Shown: one piece after another, positions 25,109-38,486 of the stretch | Layout of the letters: each line of letters begins with the position of its first letter | Position numbering within the stretch: the stretch's first letter is position 1 | From: Octopus vulgaris | Taxonomy: Eukaryota | Direction: 5' to 3' | Assembly: GCA_951406725.2 (NCBI GenBank) | Contig: OX597840.1 | Location: 3,844,001-3,908,000, forward strand | DNA length: 64,000 nucleotides | Translations under genes and position numbers: made by a program | Notes under the pieces: model-generated | What the model saw: only the letters and a program-made list of their open reading frames with translations | What the model was told of the DNA's origin: nothing | Database searches by the model: none

Positions 25109-25494
25109 TATTACATGTAGGTATACTTCATGTTCATATAATTCTCGAGAGTAATTTTTAGCCGTCTTCCAACACGTAAAGACTACAGTATTTCTTATGC
25201 ATATATCTGTTACAAGGGCAGGTGTCTATTATGAAATCTTTCGTGACTTTGTGACCTTGTGGTTGACACAAATTTATTGAGACTGTTTGGCAATTCATAA
25301 TAGAAAACCATGCTATCAAGCGGTAGAAGGAAAGAGAATATATCGTTTATTATGCGTGGCTAAACGGATGAAGTGTTACCGCCATGATGTAATTATGTAT
25401 GTCCGTGTGTATATGCAATAAATATGTATGCGTTTGCATATATATATATATATGTGTGTGTGTGTGTATATTTGTACATATACATATATGTATG

Positions 25495-25534
<40 letters not shown>

Positions 25535-25886
25535 CGTATATGTATATGAACAAATATACATACACACACACACACATATATATATATATGTGTATACGCA
25601 TATATATGTATATATGTATATATATATGCAATAAATATGTATGCATATATGCGGGTATATAATGTATATATGAATATACATATGCATTTACATATATATG
25701 TTTATATGTATAGATAACATAAAAGTATATAAACAGATTACGTAACTATATATAAGTGTGTGTGTTTATCATTGTGCATATACATACATACATACAAATA
25801 CATAAATATATATGTATATATATATATATGTATATATATACATATATATATATGTATATATATATATAGACATATATATATGTGTG

Positions 25887-25927
<41 letters not shown>

Positions 25928-26304
25928 GTATATAGATAATATATGTTATGTATATATATATTCATATATATATATTTATATCTATATATATGCACATATG
26001 TATGAGTGTATACGAATACACAAAATATATGTATTCATATATGTTTGTATGTGTCTCAATACATGTGTGTGTATCAATATGTGTGTGTGTGTGTGTATAT
26101 GTATACATGTGTATGTGTGTAGGGCATTAAAAAACTGATGTTAACCGTAGTGAAATGGAACCATTTATTTTTTAAACATTTTGCATTTCATATTTTTGCT
26201 CAAATTATTTATTCATGATGCGGTATCTTTGTAGATCGGTACAAGTATGAATTAGTGATCAGATAACATACTATACACATACATACATACAACCACAACA
26301 CACT

Positions 26305-26335
<31 letters not shown>

Positions 26336-26656
26336 GCTTGTACACACATATATATATATATGTATATCGATATAGATACAGATATATATGTATGCATATG
26401 TATATATATACATATTTGTATGTGTTTGTGTGTGTGTATGCATATACGCACATACACACTTTCATACACACATAAATATGCACCCTTACATTTATAAGGA
26501 TACATATACATGCATATATATATATATACATATATATACACACACACAAGCGTAAATATATATACACATATCTATACATGCTATGTGTATATTCATGTTT
26601 ACATACATAAAATTTGCTTTCAAAATTGAAGTATTGATTAACCACATACTAGTTTC

Positions 26657-26698
<42 letters not shown>

Positions 26699-26767
26699 CG
26701 TGGTGGTGGTAGCAGTAGTAGTGATGGTGGTGGTGGTGGTGGTAGTAGTATTTGTAGTAGCAGCAGC

Positions 26768-26843
<76 letters not shown>

Positions 26844-26859
26844 AGGTGTAGGAGGATGT

Positions 26860-27073
26860 GTATTTTAGATTTTGGTATAAAGCCAGCAGTTTCGGAGCAG
26901 GGGATAAGCCGATTATTTCGACCTCAGTGTTAATCTGGTACATATTTTATCAATCTGGAAAGGATAAAAAGCCAAGTTGACCCCGGCTGCATTTGAACTC
27001 AGAATCAAATATTGGAAGAAACGTCGCTCAGCACTTTTCCCGACGCGGTAACGATTCTGCCAACTCGTCGCAT

Positions 27074-27075
<2 letters not shown>
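26860..27075 (-). mobile_element. SINE S2, diverged
   Basis: ATTTGAACTCAGAA and CGATTCTGCCAACTCG on the plus strand. Confidence 0.7.
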
Positions 27076-27151
<76 letters not shown>

Positions 27152-27155
<4 letters not shown>

Positions 27156-27550
27156 CCTTTCTACTAAAGGCACAAAGCCTGAAATTTGAGGGGAGGGGAC
27201 TAGCCGTTTACATCGACCCCAGTGTTTCACTGGTACTTAATTTAACGACCCCGAAAGGAAAAAAGGCAAAGTCGACCTCGGCTGAATTTGAACTCAGAAC
27301 GTAACGGTAGACGAAATACCTATTTCTTTACTACCCACAAGGGGCTAAACATAGAGAGGACAAACAAGGACAAACAAACGGATTAAGTCGATTATATCGA
27401 CCCCAGTGCTTAACTGGTACTTATTTAATCGACCCCGAAAGGATGAAAGGCAAAGTCGACCTCGGCGGAGTTTGAACTCAGAACGTAACGTGAGACGAAA
27501 TACCGCTAAGCATTTCGCGCAGCGTGTTAATGGTTCTACCAGCCTGCCGA
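27152..27550 (-). mobile_element. SINE S2 dimer with two different tails
   Basis: Junction GAAATACC|TATTTCTTTAC at 27320/27321. Confidence 0.85.
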
Positions 27551-27556
27551 CTTAAT

Positions 27557-27622
<66 letters not shown>

Positions 27623-27626
27623 CAAC

Positions 27627-27661
<35 letters not shown>

Positions 27662-27668
27662 CAACAAC

Positions 27669-27706
<38 letters not shown>

Positions 27707-27716
27707 CAACAACAAC

Positions 27717-27759
<43 letters not shown>

Positions 27760-27766
27760 CAACAAC

Positions 27767-27801
<35 letters not shown>

Positions 27802-27807
27802 CAACAA

Positions 27808-28698
27808 CAACGAACCATGATAAAACGATGGCAAGAAAAGCCCCTTCATGGTAAATACTGCACTAAACTAAACGCAAAAGAAATAGACAAAGAAAAATCC
27901 CAGCAATGGTTGAGAAGCTCAGGACTCAAAGCAGAAACAGAGGGATTTTTAATTGCAGCACAAAGACAAAGCCTCCCCACCAGAAATTACCAAAAACATG
28001 TAATGAAAAGAAATATTACAAGTAACTGCAGAATATGTGGAGATGGACAAGAAACAATAAATCATATTATCTCTAGCTGCCCAGTCCTGGCTAAGAAGGA
28101 ATATATTCACAGACATGACAGAGTTGGAACCTACATACATTGGAAGCTATGCCAACATTATGGAATAACAACAGAAAAAAGATGGTATAGGCACACACCA
28201 GAAAAGGTCACAGAAAACGAGAAAGCAACCATACTCTGGGATATGCCGATACACACAGATAGAGAAATTAAGGCCAACAGACCAGATATAGTTGTCAGAG
28301 ATCATGAAGAAAAAAATGCTTTTTAATTGATGTATCAATACCGGCAGATGACAACGTGTCTCTAAAAGAAATGGAGAAACTCTCAAAATACAAAGACCTG
28401 GAAATAGAGGTAACTAGAATGTGGAATCTGAAAACAGAAACAATTCCTATCATAGTAGGTGCATTAGGCATGATAAAAAAATATTCAGACAAATACATAA
28501 CAAAAACACCAGGACTTACAAACACATATAACATACAGAAAATTGCACTACTAGGCACTGCCCACATCCTACGCAGAACACTTTCCATACAATAATCATC
28601 AGAGCATCACAACAAATCACAGCACATACCCAAGGCACACAGAGCTGCGCTCGGTAGTGAAGTGAAAGCACGCTATAAAAATAAAAATAAAACTACTG
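27808..28698 (+). mobile_element. 5'-truncated R4/Dong-like non-LTR retrotransposon (CCHC knuckle plus restriction-like endonuclease) in (TAA)n
   Basis: CRIC...HIISSC, RHDRV, NRPDIVV, then after one frameshift in the A run near 28310 LIDVSIP...KEMEKLSKYKDL and IPIIVGALG; long AAT/AAC arrays on both flanks. Confidence 0.9.
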
Positions 28699-28728
28699 AA
28701 TAATAATAATAATAATAACAACAACAAC

Positions 28729-28772
<44 letters not shown>

Positions 28773-28779
28773 CAACAAC

Positions 28780-28814
<35 letters not shown>

Positions 28815-28833
28815 CAACAACAACAACAACAAC

Positions 28834-28871
<38 letters not shown>

Positions 28872-28904
28872 CAACAACAACAACAACAATAATAATAATA
28901 ATAA

Positions 28905-29045
28905 TGTTTCAAATTTTGGCACAAGGTCTGAAATTTTAGGTAAATCGATTACATCGACCCCTGTACTCAACTGGTACTTATTTTTTGGACCCCAAAAGGA
29001 TAAGAGGCGTATTTCGTGGTCTAATAACGATTCTGCCAGCGTGCA
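28905..29045 (-). mobile_element. SINE S2, internally deleted
   Basis: TCGATTACATCGACCCC...CTGGTACTTA and CGATTCTGCCAGC. Confidence 0.65.
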
Positions 29046-29077
29046 ACCTTGATGATGATAATAATTATTATCATAAT

Positions 29078-29145
<68 letters not shown>

Positions 29146-29959
29146 TGATGATGATGATGATTTTTACTTAACACGGGCCATCAGATAAGGGGAATATTAG
29201 AAGGACAATTTGTTTGGGCAGGAGTTTACATAAAAGAAAATGTGATTACTGGAGAAAAAGAATGATATGAAAATATATATAATATAAAAAATATGTGAAA
29301 GCATCCATAATACAATCCATCTGCTACAGAAGGGCCTTGGAATAGATCCAATTAATAGAACTCTCTACAGATCTAGGTTCATCAGCAGTTCTTCTTACTG
29401 GGGCAGTTGTTACTTTAGGAATATTTAATAAGTCACAAAATATTTCGGGTAAGAATACTCCTATTCAAATGGGTTAAGAAAACGAATATACGTCCGCTGA
29501 ACATTGTACCTAATATCCAAGCGCATATTTATCATAGGTTCATTCACCGTAACCATTTTTGTCTCAGTCGTCTACCACTTCGGAATTTAATTGGGGAAAT
29601 GTACTTTTCTTCACCCTCCCTTTACGTATGAATGTATGTTTATGTATGTATATTTACTCACCAACTTCATGACCATCATCGTATTTTGATAGATAGAGAG
29701 AGACAGATAGACGTAAATAAAAACAGATACGTGCATATATAGATATGTAAATATCTATGAATACATATGTATATATATATGTATATATTTATACATATAT
29801 ATTTATATAAATCTGTATAGTTACAAATGAATATATATATATGCATGCATATGCGTTTATGTTTATACACATACATATATATGTATGTGTATTTCTGTTT
29901 ATATATATATGTCTGTGTGCATATATATATGCGTATATATATGTATATATATATATATG

Positions 29960-30032
<73 letters not shown>

Positions 30033-30034
<2 letters not shown>

Positions 30035-30288
30035 AGGCGCAATGGCCCAGTGGTTAGGGCAGCGGACTCGCTGTCAGAGGATCGCGGTTTCGATTCTCAG
30101 ACCAGGCGTTGTGTGCTTATTGAGCGAAAACACTCAAAGCTCCACGAGACTCCGGTAGGGGGGGTGGCCACCCCTACTGTACTCTTTCGCCACAACTTTT
30201 TCTCACTCTTTCTTCCTGTTTCTTGAGTAACGCTGGGATGGACTGGCGTCCATGAGCATGGCTAGGCTTGGAAAGGGTGCATAAAAAA

Positions 30289-30290
<2 letters not shown>
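30033..30290 (+). mobile_element. SINE S3
   Basis: A box TGGCCCAGTGG, B box GTTTCGATTC. Confidence 0.8.
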
Positions 30291-30341
<51 letters not shown>

Positions 30342-30496
30342 TATATATATGTATATATATATTCATATATCTATACATATATGTATGCATACATATATAC
30401 ATATATATGTTTACTTATATAAAATGTGATCGCGTGTGTACCGTTGGCGATTTTTTTTCTTCCGTCTTCCTTTCTCTGGATCTTTCCTCTTCCTAT

Positions 30497-30531
30497 GTTT
30501 CTGACGAAGAGCTCCGCTCGAAATGTTAAAC
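30497..30531 (+). ncRNA. Minimal type I HHR, family B (element 30428-30633)
   Basis: GTTT-CTGACGA-A-GAGC tcc GCTC-GAAA-TG-T-T-AAAC. Confidence 0.65.
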
Positions 30532-30629
30532 CCTCCTTCTTTCCTTCTTTCCTGAGCGTCCAATAATACTATACTTGTTCCACGACCTCGCGTTGTTGTG
30601 TTTTCTCTTTGTGTTTTCATGTTTGGATT

Positions 30630-30732
<103 letters not shown>

Positions 30733-30856
30733 TATATACATACGTAATATATCTACCGATACATATATGTATGTATATACATGTTTATACATGTATATAT
30801 ATATATATAAATATATGCATATATATATACATATGTATATGTATCTGTTGTGTGTG

Positions 30857-30897
<41 letters not shown>

Positions 30898-31192
30898 GTG
30901 TGTGTGTGTGTGTGTGTTTATAACCGTAGCTGTAACCTCAACTGTAACATGACCGCTCAGAATCCGCGTCAGTCAGAACTACAACCTCTTACAGCAATAA
31001 ACATCTGTCACAGAACTAACAACCAGAACATCCCAGCAATCGGAACGACAACTACAACGACAACAACATCAAAAAACAACAACAATATCGAAATCTCAAC
31101 GACAGCATTTGACACAGTAATATATACAGTGAGCTGCCAAAATAATATTGGAATTTTTGTTAGACAGCTTTGGGAAATCATTCTCTCCTTTC

Positions 31193-31480
31193 CTCATCTT
31201 CCGCACCTTTTGCTCTCCTTGTTGCCCTCCTTCTTGCTCTTCTTTTTGCTCTCCTTCTTGCTCTCCTTTTTGTCTTCCTTCTTGCTCTCCTTTTTGTCTT
31301 CCTTCTTGCTCTCCTTTTTGTCTTCCTTCTTGCTCTTCTTTTTGCTCTCCTTCTTGCTCTCCTTTTTGTCTTCCTTCTTGCTCTTCTTCCTCCTCTCTTT
31401 ACTCATCTTCCGCACCTTTTGCTCTCCTTGTTGTCCTCCTTCTTGCTCTCCTTTTTGTCTTCTTTCTTGCTCTTCTTCCT
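31193..31480. repeat. Pyrimidine-rich minisatellite (12/24-bp units such as TTGCTCTCCTTC)
   Basis: Direct inspection; CTCATCTTCCGCACCTTTTGCTCTCCTTGTTG duplicated at about 31193 and 31402. Confidence 0.8.
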
Positions 31481-32210
31481 CTCATTCTTGCTTCTTTCTA
31501 CTCTTCTCCCTTTCGTTCTTCTCTTCCTTCCTTTCATCCTTGCCTCTTCTTCTCATCCTCTTCTCATTCTTCCTCATTTTTCTCGCTTTCCTTCTTCATC
31601 ACTTCCTTCCTCGCCTTTATTTCCACTCCTCCTCCTCCTCTCTTTCTTCCTCCTCTTGTCGCTCTCCTCCTTCCTATTTCTTACTCTCCTGCTTGCTCTC
31701 CTTTCTTTCCATTTTGCTTCTTCCTATTCTTCTAACTCTACCTCACCTTCTTATTTGTTCCTCTTCTCCTTCCACTATCCTTTATTTCTCCCCTCCTCCT
31801 CTACTCATTCCTTCCATCCTTTGCTCATTCTCTCATTCTTTCCATTTTGCTTTATATTTTCCTCTTTATTCTTTTACTTGTTTCAGTCATTTGACTGTGA
31901 CCATGCTGGAGCACTGCCTTTAGTCGAGCAAATCGACCCCAGGACTTATTCTTTGTAATATGTGTTCTATAAATGCTCATAACACACTTTATACATATAT
32001 ATGTATATACATACATATATATACATATATACATATATACATATATGTATGTAAACATATATATGTATATATATATATATATATACATATGCATATATAT
32101 ATACATATACATGCATATATAATATATATATAGATATATAGATATACATATACATATACACATATATACGCAGACACACAGTATATACATATACATATAT
32201 ATACAAGTAC

Positions 32211-32255
<45 letters not shown>

Positions 32256-32257
<2 letters not shown>

Positions 32258-32470
32258 CTAATACATACTAATACGTACTAATACAACTAATACATACTAA
32301 TACGTACTAATACATACTAATACATACTAATACATACACCAACCCTATACATACACACGTCCAGACCCCTCATACGCACTTATACTCTCTCATACACACA
32401 CACACACTTATACGTACTAATACATACTAATACATACTAATACATACACCAACCCCATACATACGCCTGT
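32256..32470. repeat. 10-bp tandem repeat TACTAATACA/G in two blocks
   Basis: Direct inspection. Confidence 0.8.
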
Positions 32471-32649
32471 CCAGACCTATCCTAGGGTCATTCAACCCTA
32501 TTATCAACCCTATTATCTCCCCTTATTTCGTTCTCGTGTCTCATGTTTGATCTCTGACCTCTGGCCGAAATCAGATCGCCATGTTGATTCGTTAGTTACT
32601 GCACGCATTTTTTTCTCTCCTTCTTTCTGTGTTTTTTTCTCTCTGTGTA

Positions 32650-32687
32650 TCTTTCTGTTGAAGAGCGTAGGCTCGAAACGTTAAAGA
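32650..32687 (+). ncRNA. Minimal type I HHR, family A (element about 32475-32786)
   Basis: TCTTT-CTGTTGA-A-GAGC gtag GCTC-GAAA-CG-T-T-AAAGA. Confidence 0.65.
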
Positions 32688-32803
32688 CTTGTTTTATTTA
32701 TATTTCCTGAGCGCCATACTAATACAATTGTTTGTTTGTTTTCCACCTGCCTTCGTCTTTTGTCTATTTTCATAAAGCTTCCCGTTATATATATATGTAT
32801 ATA

Positions 32804-33344
32804 TAGCGTGTGGCATGTATGTATAATGCCCTCTGGCATGTATGTATAATGCCCTCTATATATAAATTAATATGTTCAATAAGAAATAATTATTTTCGAA
32901 ATTTTTTCTCTTATGAGGTTTTCACGCTATCTACCTGACAATTTCTTGTTAAGTTTTCCTTATTAAGTAGTTGTCCTTAATTGCTAAATTTTTATTCCGA
33001 AAAACTTTTCCTTTCCCGAAATGCAATTCGTAAAAGTCGGCCATTTACCGGATGTAATATATGTAAACTCACCCATGTGCTTCGTTGATGTTGATCAGTT
33101 AGCTGATCGGCTTAAGCGAGACAGGGTCGTTTATGTATGATACATCCAGGCCTGCTGATGAATACGTAAGTATGAAATCACTGTGATACAGGTCTATATT
33201 TTTTAAATGTCTTACTTTGAAAAATTGCATTCGGTGGGATTAGTAATATTTTTGGTAGAAATGACTAATTGTCCCTCTTAGCGTGTGGCATGTATGTATA
33301 ATGCCCTCTGGCATGTATGTATAATGCCCTCTATATATAAATTA
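32804..33344 (+). mobile_element. Retrozyme-like element: 475-bp unit with 66-bp terminal direct repeat and internal HHR
   Basis: 32804-32869 equals 33279-33344; no ORF; TA-rich flanks. Confidence 0.75.
33148..33195 (+). ncRNA. Canonical type I hammerhead ribozyme
   Basis: AGGCCTG-CTGATGA-ATAC gtaa GTAT-GAAA-TCA ctg TGA-T-A-CAGGTCT: 7-bp stem I, 4-bp stem II with GNRA loop, closed stem III; predicted cut after 33188. Confidence 0.9.
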
Positions 33345-33373
33345 TATGTATATATATATATATATATATTCTT

Positions 33374-33411
33374 TGTCCCCTGACGAAGGATTGAATCCGA
33401 AACGTTGGACA
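33374..33411 (+). ncRNA. Minimal type I HHR in a 90-bp island between (TA)n tracts
   Basis: TGTCCC-CTGACGA-A-GGAT tga ATCC-GAAA-CG-T-T-GGACA. Confidence 0.7.
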
Positions 33412-33699
33412 TTCCACTCCTCACAGCAAGTTCACTGTACCCATCTCAATTTTTTACATATATATATATATATATATATATACATAAGGAAGTCAGTCTG
33501 TAGACAGAGCTTACAAACCCCGTTTGAGCGTATAGAGCTCTAGAAGAAAATAACTTGAGTGAAGAGAATTGAGCCGTTTTAGGATAGCTTTTTCTAACGC
33601 ATGACCGCTCAGTGGCGTTGTTGAAATATCATTGGTCAGTAATAAAGGCTTATCGGCATTATATGACCCATATATATGACCTATAGTGGTCATACGCAC

Positions 33700-34396
33700 G
33701 CATGCACAACAGCACGCACACCGTTTATCGATAGAGGGAGAAATGTAAATTGTGTATTTAAACTGACGGAGTGCAAAAGATTTTAATTAAGTAATGTTGT
33801 AGGGAGAACGTAGAAATACCGTGAAGACAAAGATATTTTGGCACGACAAAATTGAAATAAACTGCAGTCAATTTTTAGCCAGATGTAGCAAGCCTGAATT
33901 TAAACACACTGGGGGAACAAAAATTACAAATAATTAAATTATTTTTCAGGGAGAACGTACAAAAACCGTAACAACAGAGATTTTTAAGCACGTCTAATTT
34001 AATTACAAGGAAACCAATTTGTAAACAGAAGTCAGTGTGTGAGAGAGTTGAAGAGCGAGAGGGGGGGGGAGAAAGTGATAGAAACAGGCATGGACTAAAA
34101 GAGGGTGGGAGAGAATATGTGTCAGCAAAAGAAACAGAGAATGCGAAAAAGAGAGAGAGAACAGAGAAATAAACAGAGAGAGAAAAGTGAGATAATCGGT
34201 TTTAAAAGTGCAAAACTTTTTAGAGAGAAACCCGTATAAAAAGCCGTTTTGCCCGGTTTTTGGCTTTACACCACAGCACTGAGCAAAATGTTGTAGCGCA
34301 TGACCATCCTTGGCGCATAAATAATTTGTGTGTAAGTTTGGTGAAAATCGGTTGAAAACTGTAGAAATACATACGTACTACTCACACACAGACATC
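33700..34396 (+). mobile_element. Possible Helitron/Helentron-type non-autonomous element, 3' part
   Basis: Ends AAGTTTGGTGAAAATCGGTTGAAAACTGTAG...CACACACAGACATCCTTTGTTTTATATACATAG, resembling such ends from memory; left boundary unknown. Confidence 0.35.
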
Positions 34397-34834
34397 CTTT
34401 GTTTTATATACATAGGTATGATGGCCGTCCAATCGTGCCGGGGGAAGAACATTGCTGACCTTCAAGGACATAGTGCACTCTAGGATATATAAAAAAAACA
34501 AAAAAAGCAGTACATATTGAGCAGAGGTCAGCAATCCATGTGCAGAGTTTTAGGTCCAATAAGGTTTGCACAACACCTCATAGACCCTCTCCACTCTATT
34601 CACATTATCCAGAAACAAGCAAGAGCAGGATGTCTAGTGCCAATATGAGTCGTAGGCTCAGGGGTGTGGGAGCGCCATGACCTCTAGCACAAACCAAAGA
34701 TCCCCAAAATGTTCAATGCCATTCTTTGCATATCTGGTTTTATATCAGAGTGACATTTCCTAGATACATGCTTCAACAGAAGCTGAGAGGTGCCTCCTTC
34801 CCGGTGGTCTTCCAGCACGCCAGACAACATACAT

Positions 34835-34877
<43 letters not shown>

Positions 34878-35142
34878 TTATTAGAGACAAAACCACTATT
34901 TTGCAAAACAAACAAGGAAAGACTTAATCAATACATAAAATATATATATACTTATATTATTATACATACATTTATATATATATTATATATATATATATAC
35001 ATGCATATATATGTATATATATACATACATACATATATACATCAATTTTCTCCTGGTTTACGGTATTAATGTTATTTTGCGGTTAAAGCTTTTGGCTGTT
35101 ATTTCTAGTGGGTGAATGGCCTATTATGGCCGTTCCTTGATT

Positions 35143-35180
<38 letters not shown>

Positions 35181-35218
35181 CATACATACATACATACATA
35201 CATACATACATACATACA

Positions 35219-35251
<33 letters not shown>

Positions 35252-35399
35252 GTGTGCGTGTGTACATAAATATGCATATAAGTATAAATATATATCGAAA
35301 GGGCGACAGAGATGGTTGTGTGTGTGATTTGACGCAATTCCAGCTGCACAAACATAACAGAATAATTAGAAATGAAATTAATTAATCAGTGATGAAAAT

Positions 35400-35492
35400 C
35401 ATGATGGTGGTGATGGTGGCGGCGGTAGATTTGTAGTGCTAAGAGAGTTAACAGATGATGACAGCATAGTAGTGGTAGTGGTGGTGGTGGTG

Positions 35493-35574
<82 letters not shown>

Positions 35575-35671
35575 CGGCAGCATTTCCAGAAAGTAGAACA
35601 CGAGCAAGAACATGAAGAGAAAGAAAAGCAAGAAGGAGGGGGTAGAAGAAGAAGAAGAAGAAGAAGAAGAA

Positions 35672-35728
<57 letters not shown>

Positions 35729-36045
35729 GAAGAAGAAGATGAAGAGGAGGAGAAAGAAGAAGAAAAGGAAGAAGTACAAGAAGAAGAAGTAGAAGAAGAA
35801 AAAATAGAAGTACAAGAAGAAGAAGTACAAGAAGAAAAAATAGAAGTACAAGAAGAAGAAGAAGAAGAAGAAGAAGTAGAAGAAGAAGAAGTAGAAGAAG
35901 AAGAAGAAGAAGAAGAAGAAGAAGAAGAAGAAGAAGAAGAAGAAGAAGAAGAAGAAGAAGAAGATGATGATGACGACGACGATGTTAAGGTTGATGACGA
36001 TGATGATGGTGAGGATGACGACGACGATGACGAGCAAGAAGAAAT
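35400..36045. repeat. Compound (GGT)(AGT)(GAA)(GAT) microsatellite
   Basis: Direct inspection. Confidence 0.9.
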
Positions 36046-36236
36046 CAGAAGCCAGATAAATAAATATTTCATTGAACGAAATAAATTGAGCGATGAATCA
36101 AAGAAACGTTACATTGTTACTCATAAACAATATTTAATAAAGCGTTTGTTCCTCAACCATTTTTCTGTTGTTTTCTGTTGCTTTCTTCTTCGACGGCGAT
36201 TAGATTATAAAAGATGGTAACATATAAGCACACGAC

Positions 36237-36298
<62 letters not shown>

Positions 36299-36463
36299 AG
36301 GTATAGAGATTTAGCTGTATATATTTATGTATGTATCGCACATTTATCCGTTCAGTAACGATCTAGAAAAGTACTCAATACCAAAATACGGCGGCCTGTT
36401 TCAAATAAAATGCCTATGTATATATGTGTGTATATATATGTGTATATATGCCTATGTATATAT

Positions 36464-36856
36464 GAAGGTGGCGAGCTGGCAGAAACGTTAGCACACCGGG
36501 TGAAATGCTTAGCGGTATTTCGTCTGTCGCTACGTTCTGAGTTCAAATTCAGCCGCGGTCGACTTTGACTTTCATCCTTTGGGGGTCGATTAAATAAGTA
36601 CCGGTTACGCACTGGTGTCGATATAATCGACTTAATCCGTCTATCTGTTCTTGTTTGTCTCCTCTGTGTTTAGCCTCTTGTGGGTAGTAAAGAAATAGGT
36701 ATTTCGTCTGCCCCAAGACTTATTCTTTGTAAGCCTGATACTTATTCGATCGGAGTTTTTGCCCGCCTGCCAAGTTACAGGGACGTAAACACAACAACAT
36801 CGGTTGCCAAGCGAAGAATTGGACTGGAACAAACACAAGTACAAAGAAACAGACAG

Positions 36857-36897
<41 letters not shown>

Positions 36898-37273
36898 GGC
36901 GCAGGAGTGTGTGTGGTAAGTAACTTGCTTACCAAACACATGGTTCCGGGTTCAGCATGGGTGATAGCCGATAGAATAAGTACTAGGCTTACAAAGAATA
37001 AGTCCTGGTGTCGATTTGCTCGACTAAAGGCGGTGCTCCAGCATGGCCGCAGTCAAATGACTGAAACAAGTAAGAAAAAAAATTATATATATATATAGGC
37101 GTAGGAGTGGCTGTAGGGTAAGTAGCTTGCTTACCAACCACATGATTCCGGGTTCATTCCCACTGCGTGGCACCTTGGGCAAGTGTCTTCTATTATAGCC
37201 TCGTGCCGACCAACGCCTTGTGAATGGATTTGGTAGACGGAAACTGAAAGAAGCCCGTCGTATATATGTACAC

Positions 37274-37305
<32 letters not shown>

Positions 37306-37685
37306 TTGTTTGTGTGTCTGTGTTTGTTCCCCCAACATCGCTTGACAACCGATATTGGTTTTATTGCGTCTCCGTAACGTAGCGGTTCGGCAAAAGAGAC
37401 CGATAGAGTAAGTACTAGGCTTACAAAGAATAAGTCCTGGGGTCGATTTGCTCGAGTAAAGGCGGTGCTCCAGCATGGCCGCAGTCAAATTACTGAAACA
37501 AGTAAAAGAGTAGAGAGTAAAGAGAGACGTGCGACGTGCTTCTTCCAGTTTCCGTCTACCAAATCCACACACAAGACTTTGTTCAGGCCAAGGCTGTAGT
37601 AGAAAACCCTCGCCCCAGTTGCCACACAGTGGGACCGTTATCTGGAATTATACGTTTAGGTAACAAGCTTCTTACCACACAGCCT
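36464..37685. mobile_element. SINE cluster: S2(+) 36464-36712, S1(-) 36711-36850, S1(+) 36897-37075, S1(+) 37097-37510, S1(-) 37537-37685
   Basis: Matches to the S1 and S2 consensus seen elsewhere in the window. Confidence 0.85.
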
Positions 37686-38182
37686 CGCCGCAAGGATGCA
37701 TATACATTTGTTCACGTGAATACACATGCATGCGTACGATCTTCCTATGAAATACGACGCTGTGGTTTCGACATAACCTTACGCAATCCAAAGAAAGCGA
37801 GAGAGAGAGATTCTTGCCAAGAGAAAGAAAATGTCTGCGTTGAACGAATGAGAAGTCTTCAGCTCTACTACCCGGTTTTTAACTTCAGGTTTATACGCAA
37901 TAATTATTTTTGGGTCACTTGGTTACGTAACGAACTCTCTCAGTACTAATCTTGAGACGCTGGACTTCACAAAGACAGAAAGGTCAGAAGTAATTAAGAA
38001 ATTATAATTACAAATCATTAATTGAAATTACACGACAGGAGTTTGGCCTGTAACAGGCAGATATAGACACACACAAACACGCATGCGTATTCACGTTTGC
38101 ATATGTGATAAATTATAGAGCTTTACTAGTAATTATATATATGTGTGTGTGAGTGTGTGTGTGTGTGTGAGTGTGTGTGTTT

Positions 38183-38234
<52 letters not shown>

Positions 38235-38455
38235 ACACATGCATGCGTGTGTTGATATTCATCTATAGATATATAATTTCGTACACACACATACGTAGAT
38301 ATGCAAATATATAGACGCGTACATGCTTGAATACATATATGTACACATGTTTACATGTATAATTATATATGTATACACATGTATTTACTTATACACACAC
38401 ACACATACATATATATATACATACATATATATATATATATATACATGTATATACG

Positions 38456-38486
<31 letters not shown>

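Noticed and set aside
29330-29395. Minus-strand CTGATGA followed by a TAGATC/GATCTA hairpin
   Set aside because: No GAAA after the hairpin
30033-30105. tRNA gene candidate (also S1 and S2 heads)
   Set aside because: A and B boxes present but no clean cloverleaf; continues into a SINE body
30850-31958. 357-aa and 262-aa hydrophobic ORFs
   Set aside because: Pyrimidine-rich minisatellite that lacks stop codons by composition; ends inside a SINE tail
34400-34830. Complex island that could be an exon or LINE fragment (also 38690-38935 and 20130-20410)
   Set aside because: No convincing reading frame, motif or splice pair recognised by eye; left unassigned
35612-36220. 202-aa acidic ORF resembling a nucleolin or prothymosin tract
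   Set aside because: Pure GAA/GAT repeats inside a compound microsatellite; no domain or splice support
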